Assembly (NCBI GenBank): GCA_965153285.1
Contig: OZ229111.1
From: Podarcis tiliguerta
Lineage: Eukaryota
Direction: 5' to 3' (one strand)
Length of the DNA stretch: 64,000 bases
In this document: piece by piece, positions 48,020-59,300 of the stretch
Numbering within the stretch: position 1 is the stretch's first letter
Layout of the letters: each line of letters starts with the position of its first letter
Translations under genes and position numbers: made by a program
The notes under the pieces: model-generated
Told to the model about the DNA's origin: nothing
The model's input: only the letters and a program-made list of their open reading frames with translations
The model's database searches: none

Positions 48020-50268
48020 CTGCAGGGCATACACAAGATGAAAGAGGGGGGAAAGCAGGAAAAGGAAGTTAGGTGCTTTTCTTCACAGGGCTAAGAAAAA
48101 GTAATACAGTGAAAGACCTGGCCATTTTCTTGTCAACCATAAAATCTTAGAACACAATTCCTTTGGCACAGGTACCACTAGCTAGCTAACTCTGGAAATA
48201 TCTATGCTCACCATAAAGGGAAAAGCGGCAGTAAATCATATAAATAGTAGGTGACAGTCAACCATTCCACAGCAAAGAGTGGCACCTGGTGTGGCTTAAC
48301 TTTCCTACTATTTGAGATCCCTGATAATCTGAATAGGTGGCTACAAATCTAGTGTGTGAAATCCACTAGTGGTCTTAACGCATAAATGCTGACAAAGGTT
48401 ACAATAAGCATATGGAATGAAAAGACGTCCCCTTCCCTTCTCCGCCTAATAGAATAAAACAAATCTCAAACCTGCCAGCTGGGTGAATTTGATTTTATTG
48501 CAGCTAGAGAAGCTGTACTAAACACCAGTGGCACCTTTTCCCTTGCCTTCTGCCTAGAAGTGTTGCAATCAATGTACCATCTTCTCACCCAATCAGCTTA
48601 ACAGATAGCTTACCCGATAGCTTACCCGATAAGCTAAATCCAGACTGGTGGAGATTCCTCACTGGGGGTGTCTGCCTGGTAGGTGATCCCCGAGTAGAGC
48701 CTGCAGGAGTGCCCCCTTTAGGTGTAGTGGTCAAGTCAAACACAGGCCCATCATACATGCCCCTTGGCACAGCATGCATCTCAGCCATCTGTCACAGGTA
48801 AGAGAAAAAAGCAATGTATTAGGCCAGCGGTTTTCAACCAGTGTGCCATGAATGGTGGTCAGGGGTGCAACACTGGCCTCTGTCCCTCTTTCCTTCCTTC
48901 CCTCCCTCCTCTGATGCCCTCTTGTGTCTCTGCCTCCCAACGGCTGGCATAGCTGTTTGTTGCAGCAGCTCTGGCTACAAGCTCCCCAGGTGAATGGTGC
49001 CTCTTGGGCTGGTCACGGGGTGCTTCCCAGGTCCCTGTGGGGCAATGTGAGGAGACACCTCTCTTTGGGGCAGGAGGTACCACTCAGAAACCAGGGACGG
49101 CAGCAGCGGCTGCCCAGAGGACTCCCAAGGAGAAGGGAGAGGAGAGGAGGCTGAGGGAACATTTCACAAGGGAGGGTGTTCAAAAAAGGGTGAGAGGCTG
49201 CCAGCTGTGCAGACAAGGGGTGACATAACTGGGCTTCTGAGCCCCACAGGGGTGCCGCATAAAGAATGTATTTGGTCAAGGGAGCCGTGGACCAATAAAG
49301 GTTGAAAACCCCTGTATTAGGCCTGGCTTCCCTCAACTGTCAGCTCAACTGTCAGCGCAGAGGCCTTCACAGACTTCTCCATCATCGTCTCACCCATCCA
49401 CAATTAGCAGAAGGGTGGGAGTGATATGATGGTTTACTACAGATTTTGGTCTCGTAAACACAGTGAAAACATGCTACCAAGCAAGGCAATCTGAATAAGC
49501 TGAGGAAGCTCTCGGAGGAAGGAACTGTAGCCATGCATTTCTCATTAATGATACACAGAAAGGGTCCCTTCTCAATTGTAGAAGCTACTACTCTATGGCT
49601 GCCTCTATGACAAAGATAATGTCTGAAGTTCATGGCTGTAAGAGAGGAGGCCGCATGACAGCTGTACCCAACATAAGCATGATACCTTCTAGAAACTAGG
49701 ACAATGCTGGCTACTCCCATGTGAATCAGGGCTTCTGGTAGTATCTTCACAGCATGGGAAAGAGCTGTGGTGCACAGTTCCCTTGCCATAAAGCAGTATG
49801 AAGGAAGAGACACCATCATTAAAACCCTACATACTGGGCTTCTCTATCTTACCTTCCTCCTTGCTTTGATGCGCTTGTAGACATAGTCTGAGAAAGGGGT
49901 GCCAGGAATGAAGCGTCCTGTCCCCTGTGTCACATGAAGATTGCCATCTTCCATCATTATCTTCCCCTGGCATATGACAACCAAGGGGGCTCCACGTAGC
50001 TCCATTCCTTCAAAGATGTTGTATTCCGCTGCCTACAACACATTGGAGTCAGACTCATTATGCATCAAACCACCAGCCCACCTAAACCAGTGCCAAGTCT
50101 ACAGATACCCTCTACCCTGCGGGCCTACCCCTGCCTCTAGCCACCTGGCTGCTGCCCAGCAGAGTACTGCTTCTTATTTTAAATTGCTTTTAAATTGTGT
50201 TTTTAAAAAATATCTTTTAAAATTATTTTAACTGGCTGGGTTGACTGATACCCTATGTCCTTTTAAAA

Positions 50269-50304
<36 letters not shown>

Positions 50305-50305
50305 T

Positions 50306-50353
<48 letters not shown>

Positions 50354-53300
50354 GTTGATGTGATTATGTATTTTGCGGTTTTGTATTCTGATTTTATCCT
50401 GCGAACCACCCTGAGACGTATGGGTATAGGGCGGTATATAAATTTTAAAAAAGAAAGAAAAGAAAGATACACTCTATGAAACCCAAGAACAGCAGGTGGG
50501 GGATCATTCTGTCTGGCAAGCTGAAATGCTTGTGCTAACTAAATGATATTAGCACTGCACTGAATTCCTCCTAAGGTCTGAAAACACACAAGTATTCAGG
50601 ACCAAAACTTTTTGCCCTCAAGAGATGAATGCTTTGACCCTATAGCCTAAACATCTTTTTTAAAAATAAGGAAATACATTTCATTTTTGTTTGCTACTTC
50701 GTTTCTGTGAGGATGTGGGTGGGCTAAGGCAGACTGAAGCAGAAAAGAGCAATCCAGAATGAAGAGAAGACAAAGCTGTCCAGGGCTCAGGTTCCTATAT
50801 TCCTGTGCTTAACTTCACAAACTGACCATGTCAGTTTGTGAAGTTAAAAGACTTACTGACCAGCAAAAGACTTACTGATTGGTGGCTTTTAGCAGATACA
50901 ATTTTCACTGCATCGGGATCCCATATGACAAGGTCACTGTCTGATCCAACAGCAATTCTGCCCTTTCTTGGGTACATGTTGAAGATCTTGGCAGCATTGG
51001 TGCTTGTCACAGCCACAAACTGATTCTCATCCATTTTTCCTGTAGCCTGTTGAGTATGAATCATAAAAGAAAGATAAGGCAAGTAAAACATGTTACAGTC
51101 ACAGGAATAAAGCGGGTACCAAAAATACAAATCTCAGATATCAAATGCCAGGATAAAGAGCGGCATCGTCAGAGTACACTGGAAACCATATAATGAAGGT
51201 GTCAGATGCACCTTTGTGGGGAAGGAATTCCACAGCCTAGGAACTGCCACAGAGAATGCCCTCTCCTGGGCCACCACTAGGTAGTGGAACTACCAAGAGG
51301 GTCCTCTCTGCCAATCTTAATACCCAGAGGGTCTGTAAGTAAGGAGGCAATCTCAGATAATTGGGGCATATGTCATATAAGGCTTTAAACATTAATGTGA
51401 GCACCCTGAATTGGGCTCAAAAACAAGCTGACAACCATGCAGCTGTTTTAAACAGGGGCTATACGAGTTACAAAGGGAAGTTTTCATTTCCAATAGCTGA
51501 ATAATTCAGTTTCCTTTATTCTGGATAAAACTAGTATTATTAAAAGAGCAGGTCATTAAGCAGATTCACCTTAAATGCACAACCAATATATTTTGGAGCG
51601 TTTCTCCCAATAAGAACCTACATAGACCCTTTGATCTGTCATCTGAGGCCTTCCTCCAGGTCCCCCCTCTGAAGGAGATTTGAAGGGTGGTGATGAGGAA
51701 CAGGGCCTTTTCATTTGTGGCTACCTGCTTTGGAATGCTTTCACACTAAGGTCCACATGGTGCCAATATATTTGATGGATTATGACATAGCTGTCTATGG
51801 TATTTTTCTGCTGCTGTTTTATTGGTTCTGTTTTATAAGTTACTGTACGGCTCTGATGGTAATGTATAGTTCTTTATTATGATTTTACATTATGCTCCTA
51901 AATTTTTATGTCACTTCAAGACTTCTGTGAGCCAAGCAACTAATACACTGAATCAATAGTAATATCAATCCCCACCTCCCCTTCCTCTTCTCTTACCACT
52001 GCTTTGTCCCAAATAACAGACATCCGTTCCTCAATACCATTGGTCCCCTCTGGGATTGCTGTGAAGTTGTCTTTTCCAATTGCTTTCTGCGCTGTACTGA
52101 ATGTACAGTGTGCACTTCCTGAGACTTGGAGGTCACCACTAGCTCAGAGACAAGCAACAAAATGTATTGGTTAGTCATGCCCTTAGTCCAGTCATACAAG
52201 AATGCTTTTATCTCCAAGTAGTTTACTGAAAGTTTCCACTCTCTGTAACAACAACAGCAACAAAAATGAAGGCACAGAACTGTAATTAGCATAAATGTGA
52301 ACTAGAAAAGTAATGTATAAAAGAACCTTGTGACTAAGTAGCAATGCCCAATATTGCTTTTTCCCTCCTCCTCCCACATCTGTTTTCCTTTTGTGTCATG
52401 CCTTTTAGATTGTAAGCCTAGGACAGAGACAGTCCTGTTTATTGATCATTGTAAACCTAAACCTATTCAAGAACCTTTTTCAGCTGAAGATTTATTTGCT
52501 CTTGAAAAATGAAGCAAGAAAATTATTGCAGCTAGCACCAGATTGATTTGATTGCAGACAACTGAGTCAGACAACAGATCAGTGCCAACACTGTGCAAAG
52601 AACGTCTGCTGATGCAAGTCTATTCACATGAACAGTGTTAAGATGAATCCACAGTTCCCGTGAAACCAGAAAGTGCTTTTTATTTTCATGGAAGGAGAGC
52701 CATGATCTTGTAGGAGTTCACAGGTTCCACATTATAATACTCAGGGGTGTACAATGTATGTGAGCAGGATTTTTTTTAGACCAGTATATGATTAGAACCA
52801 GCTCTCAGTGTGAAAATTAGATACTGGAGTCACAAGAGATTGCCCACTAGCAGTGAAATCTTCAACGACAGACTGTCAAAATGTTATGTGAAGGAGAGAG
52901 AAATAAAATTGGTTGGCTGCCTAAAGCATCTGCTTCTTGGTTTGTCTACTTCTTGGTAAAGGTAAAGACTTTATTACTTTAGTCACACCTAGAATCTTTT
53001 ATTGGAAAGGCATCCAGATTTCGTCTATGACAGAATTGCTACATTGCTTCTATTTTATCCTTTCTTGCAATGTAACAAAACCTTGACCCACATAATCCAA
53101 AGTATTTCAACCACTAAATGAAACAAGCTTTTAGCATAACCTATTAACTTAAATTTGTTTCAAAGTTCATGTGGTGTCTAAAGACACTAAGTCATTTGCT
53201 TTTGTCCATTGTATATATCTGCTTGTGGCTCTAGAGGGCAGCAACAAACAATGGTCATGGCCTAACAATCATACCAAAGACTATGCAAAGAGTTCCATGG

Positions 53301-56300
53301 AAACTTCCTGCTTCCTGGCGCCTGCTAGCTGCCGGGGACTTAGCTGAAAGGATGCACGGTAATTAAGAAAAAAAAAAGGGGGGGCTTAAAGCCTTGTCTA
53401 AACACTAAAAAAGGAAACTATAGAGATTGCTTGCCTTCCAGATGGACCCTGTGTCTGATTTTCTGATTCAAAGAGTCTCTGAGCCTCATGGCCTCAGTCT
53501 GGGCTTCAGAACACAAGTCCTAATCCAATGATAATCTCCATCTCCTCTTAATAATTTGGTGCCATATGTCTGCTTTACTACACAGAGAGATTTGTGTCAG
53601 TCAGATTTGTTCTGCTAAAAACTAGCTAACTAACAGGCAGGCGATTCTCCTAAAGACTATATCCAAAAGAATATTGAGCAGGGAGTTTAAGAAAAGCAGG
53701 CATGGTTCCTTTTTTCCAGGACTTGGCCACTTCATATGTGTTATGAAATATTTTTTCCATGTTGGTCAGTTTTAATACAACTCACACCTAGTTTATTCAG
53801 TCTTCTCTTCAAGTTGCCAGTCAACGCATACAATTTGAAATGTGAGATGTACCTCACTATTTCCAAACTTGAAATCTGAAATATACCTCACTGTTTCCAA
53901 ATATAAAACTTTATTTCTAGTTTCTGGATGCTCACTAATCCAGGTCTGTGCCAACATGCAGTTCAGCTAACTACCCCCCAGTGCTAAATGACCCACTTCT
54001 TTTGTTTTTCTATAGGTCTATTTTTTTTTAGTAAATATCCCTTCTTTTTCAGCATCACCGCTGTCCTCAGTTTGAAGCTGTCTTATGAGCTATCCCAGAT
54101 GCAAATGTGCACTTGCAATAGCAACACCTCAGAATCCTCCAAATGAACAAGGCAATATAAATAGAATCTGGAAAGTCCCCAGTTGAGTGGGTGCAGTTTA
54201 TTACTTTCCTGTTTATGTTAGCTCCAAGCATCATCTTATTACTCAGTTTCCATAGGACTGGTGGCAAGAGAGAGTATTTCCCTTTCTCGCTATAACCAAC
54301 CTGGCCAGTAAGGAGTTGATGTAATCAGGGGTTGTTGGATCTGGACTCAGAGGAGGGGAGGTCACAAATGCAGCAGCTTTTGCCCAGTTTTTGCTCCAAT
54401 AGTGTGTTCCATCTGTTCCAAGACTGGCTGCAATTGGCTCGCCAAACACTACATTACCTGATGGTGAAAATAACAACAGAGATTTAGGGCAAGGACAATA
54501 CATTTTACAGAAGGGGAGAGGGGGAGCTAGGCCTGCAGCTGCTTCTGTTGGCAGAAGTACACATTTATACAAGTTAGTGCCATCGTCAGTTAGGCTAGCT
54601 CTACAATATGGCAGCCATAACTATCTGCTGCAGAGCACATATATCACCTATGCTTAAAGAACTACATCGACTTCCGGTCTTACAAGGACAAATCAGACTG
54701 CCTTTAAAGCTCTAAACCCAGGGTTCCTTAAAGGAGTGTCAGACTAGGACTTGGGAAATCAAGGTTCAAATATCCTGTCAACTAGTCCAAGGGGAGAAGT
54801 GACATCACTGATAAAGATGGCAGGCTGAGCAGCTCTCTCCTCCTTAACCAGATGAAATAACAGATTAAATGTACCCTAAATCCTGAAACTATTTAGATTT
54901 AACATTGACACTGAGAAGGATATATCACAATGAGCGAAAGAACGGACTCTGAAGATTCATTTTAACATCATAAACTGACTCAATAGATGGGTTCTGATGA
55001 CATTGAAGACGGACCCACGATGGTGCCAAAAAACACAGACTATGTAAGGAAGACATTGAGCTGGCAAAGGGAATCTTGGATAAATTTAAAAAGGAATTAT
55101 CTGAAGAACGGAACAAAGCACTGACCCCTTTGAAGGACAGTGTTAAAGGAATAGCTGATAAAGAGCCTCATCTGATGTAAGCAGGCTAAAATAAGCAAGT
55201 CTCCTTGATGGTAGGATCCTCTTCCAAGTGAATTCACTTCCCACCATGCTTACTCCTTTTCAGGAGGATCATGAAAACCTTCTTTAGGGGAAGATTTGTG
55301 GCCCTCTATTTCAGTTATGTTTTTGTATTCTTTTAATTGGCTGCTTCTGTGCTATTGGTTTTTGTTTTTCTAGTTCAAGAGTGCTTAATATGTGGCCCTC
55401 TCATTTTGGCTGGGGCTGCTGGGAGTTGTAGTCCACAAGATGATTACCCTTATTCTAGTTGTTTTCATACTGGTTTCCTTTTTTAAAGTCATTCTGAGGC
55501 TACAGCCATTCTAGCAAACCTTGTAAGTAAGGTAACATGGGTAGGTAACAAAGATGCAGCTGCTCACCTTTTTTTCTGGCCTGTGAAATCAGGTCAGCAG
55601 CACTCTTGCTCATCACTTTGGTCACATATAAGGGGCAGTTGGTCTGGCTGGCAATGGTGATCGCACGGAAGACAGCTTCAGCCTCCAGCTGAAACAGAGA
55701 AGGGACTGTGAGCTCAGAAAACAGCAAAGGAGTTCAGTAACTTTGCATGACACAATATATTCCTCTTCAAAGCATGACCTTTCCATTCCCTTAAGAAAGT
55801 TTGGAACAGCAAGAAAAGAATAATCCTCAAATACTGAACAAAGCAGAAGCATTAAATTCTAAAATGCTTCCCTCACTAACCTTTCCAAATTCTACCCAAC
55901 ACAGTATCAACTTTCTATTTTATGTGTGATGGGTGTTTCTTGCACAACTGTCCTCTCTCTCCAAAGACTCCTTTGTTCACAGTAGTTCATGCATTTTGCA
56001 ATAGAAAACATTGCAAATCATGCACAGTAGCAGTTTTGGCCTTGAAAGATGAAAGCTAACACAACCTGCTATGTGAGACTATTATGTCTAAGCTCAGCTT
56101 GTGCATTAACCCTGTATTCCCTATTGAACCCATTTAGTAAATGAAACCTGTGTTTGCTAGATAGAGAGCTATGCTCCATACAGCAGTCAGCTACTTAACA
56201 GGGGGAAAGGAGGAGGAATAATTTATCTTGTGTTTTTATATTTTTATCCAGAAGCCACCCTGGGTACCAGTTTGGAGGAAAGGCAGGATAGAAATGAATA

Positions 56301-59300
56301 TAATAATTCACAGAGAGACTGTTTAGGCTACAAATGGTCCCAAAGAAGCAGCAAAAAGGAAAAAATGGAGTTCCCTAATTTGTTAGTGGTGATAAATTGT
56401 ATATCATTGTTATTAACAGTTAACATTGAGAATATATTAGCAGCTGTTCTAAAGCAACAGCATGCATCTCTTGCAGAGCCAATCAAACTACCTGAGCCAT
56501 TTAACTGTGAGCTACAAACCCAAAATTTGCCAATTTCATTATTATTATATGTACAATCCACAATTACAACAATTTCTCTCTTCTCCTCATCTCTCAGTCC
56601 TCAAGTTTAACCCTCACTGATTAAAATTGATTTTGAACTAAAGCTTTAGCTTATTTACTGAATAGGGCATGCAGCCTGAGTCTATTTTGTTACTTAACAA
56701 TGGCTGTACTGGAAAAGAGGATGGTTTTCTGCTGGTTATTTGTTTAGGATGCAGTTCCAACCCAATTATGATGACTGTTTTCCCTTCCTATTGGTCCCTG
56801 CTGCCTCCCATGACATCAGAAGCCTGTAATTTTCATATCTTGCTTGCTATTATAACTTTCAACACTTCAGCAAGTAAGATATCTTTGGAGCATTACATCA
56901 TTCACTGTTCAGCCTGACATAATCTAAAATACCTTCTGACTGCCAACAGCTTAAATACTGATATTTTAAAAAGGAAAGGAAAAAAATAAAAGAGTGTCCT
57001 GAAACAAACCATATACAGTAAGAAGAGGCATTGGTAAGTAGAGGTTCGACTTTAGGCAAGCTTGTAAAGGAACCAAGGAATCAAAGTTTGAAAAGTTGTT
57101 TACTCAACCATCTGCCAATGCTGAAACAATTTCTTCTCTAACAAAGTGTCAAGAATATGTGAATACAATTCTTAGGGCTGTCTTACTTAAGAATATACAA
57201 TTGGCTGTCTTGCCAATTGCTGAGGAAATGATTTAAATTCCATCTGTCAGCATTGTAAAGGGACTTGCCAAGAGTAACATACTTACGTGCACCCCCCCCC
57301 CTTTAGAATCTGAATATCTAATGTTATTTGAGACCTAACTGCTATATGGCTGGGATGCTGGAAATTCAGCACAAGATGTTTATGAGACGCACCAGAAAAT
57401 GCAAAACATAAATAACCTCCAAGCAAAGATAAGTTTGAAATATTTCCAAACCACAATTCCCTGTTCCACAGGTGAAGGCAGCTATGAGCAACCTTCAAAA
57501 ATCACTTGCTGCCCACAGGGATAAAAACTGAACTTTTTGCAAAATATTGTTGCAATATATGTTCTGAATGTATTATTTCACTGTTATGAGCCAGCCTGAG
57601 AATATTTAAGCATTTTGTTATATAGCAGGTGATTCTTTATGAACTAATTCTTCTGAAAATGGGGGGGGGGGGAATTCATAGCAAGTGATTTAAGACATGC
57701 CTTTTATTACACACTTGACCAGCCAGCTGGAGGAAGATGGAAGAGTGCTGCAGCTGCTGTGTATGTGCACTGTTGCTTTCCTGGAGAGAGAGCACAACAC
57801 CAAGGAAGGAGACTGGTGTTGTGCTCAACAAGGTATTTGCATACAAATTTGAAAATCAAATTAACATCCAAATACAAAAACAATGTGAAATTTTGCACAA
57901 TAGTATGGTGCAGTCTTGTATGCTTAAAGGAAGCATGCTTTAGATATGTAGCTTCTCAGCTTTAAGTCTAGAGAAAATAGGCAATTAAGATCTTCATCAG
58001 GGTGATGGGGAATTGCAGCCCCAGGACAGCCAACTTGCTCCCCGCCAATCTACAACACATGGAATCTCAATTATACCCCAGACATGTTCAGATTTCCCTG
58101 AATTATGGAGTAGCTTTATCCTAGAAATTTAAAGGAATCCCAAATAATATATTCTTGAATGGCTGTTTTGTGCAACATTCCAGATAACCAAAGTGGTGTG
58201 TTTTCCACATGGCTGCAACTATTCGGTAATGACTGAGGCTTGCGGTCCAAAAACCATACCACATGTGCCATCAGGATGTGTGCTAAGGAAACCATATGTG
58301 TGGTTAACACATCATCCTCCCCACAACAGTTCTGAGTCAGGAGTAAAGAGACTGTCCATGAAGTCCAGCAACCTTAGAACAGCAGCAGCACTATAGAGAG
58401 AGACTCGGGACAGCTGCCTGGGCAAACAACTTACATAAGTTTCAGAATTCCTGTCCTTTTTCTCAAAAATCCTCAAAACCAACCACAAAAATATAGTAAG
58501 CGGAGAAAATGTGTTACACCCTACCAAGATGAATGGAAGATACCTTATTCCAAAGCCAGCTGTAGAAGCATGTTAGCATTTAACGTACACTGACCTTCCT
58601 ATTTTAGGACAATTATAGTAATGAAAGTATTATGTGCAAACGTAATGCTCCTACCATTCCTGCTCCCTATGGGTATAAAGTTATACCTATTTAAACATAG
58701 TAATTTCCTTTGCTCTTAGTGCTGCAGAACTACCATGGCCAGCCCTGACTATAGTGCTAGGAATGTATGAAGGGTGTTTACTCTGTCAAAAAAGCAACCC
58801 TCATTACCACAAGTGATAGTATAAAATTAGGCCTTAAACTAAAATGTGGATTAATAGGCCAATAATAAAGAACCTGGATGCTAATATTAGCTGTAAGCAG
58901 AAATGAGATACTGGCAAAGTTCTAGACAATTATTTTACAATGCAGATGCACCGCTAGAGAGTGCTTTTAATTACCCTAATTTTCACTGTCTTGTTTCTCA
59001 AGACTATAAAAAGCAAAGCTGCAGGAATGTGCTATGGAATGCCCAGTTCGCCCAGGCAGGACTTGTGGGTTGCTTTTGGAACTGCACTAGTTCATGTTAG
59101 CACTGGGAACTTAAACCATCTACTGCAAAATTGAGTGTGCAGCAGCAACAATCTGTCCGAAGGGTGTTTGTTGATTCATCAGTAACATCTTACCTCTTCT
59201 GGCCTACTAAGTACATGGCCCTCTGGACCAGTTATTCCCATCTCCAGCATCCTAGCTTGCTCCTAAAGAATATAAACAGAATGAAGTTAAGAAACAGATT

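Noticed and set aside
53224-53242. Weaker CTCF-like motifs (GGCTCTAGAGGGCAGC; also near 17418 and 25106)
   Set aside because: They mismatch the core CC positions and lack supporting context; matches of this quality are expected by chance.
53835-53900. ~34-bp tandem duplication (also a 12-bp duplication at 49332-49355)
   Set aside because: Ordinary intronic slippage duplications that do not touch splice signals.
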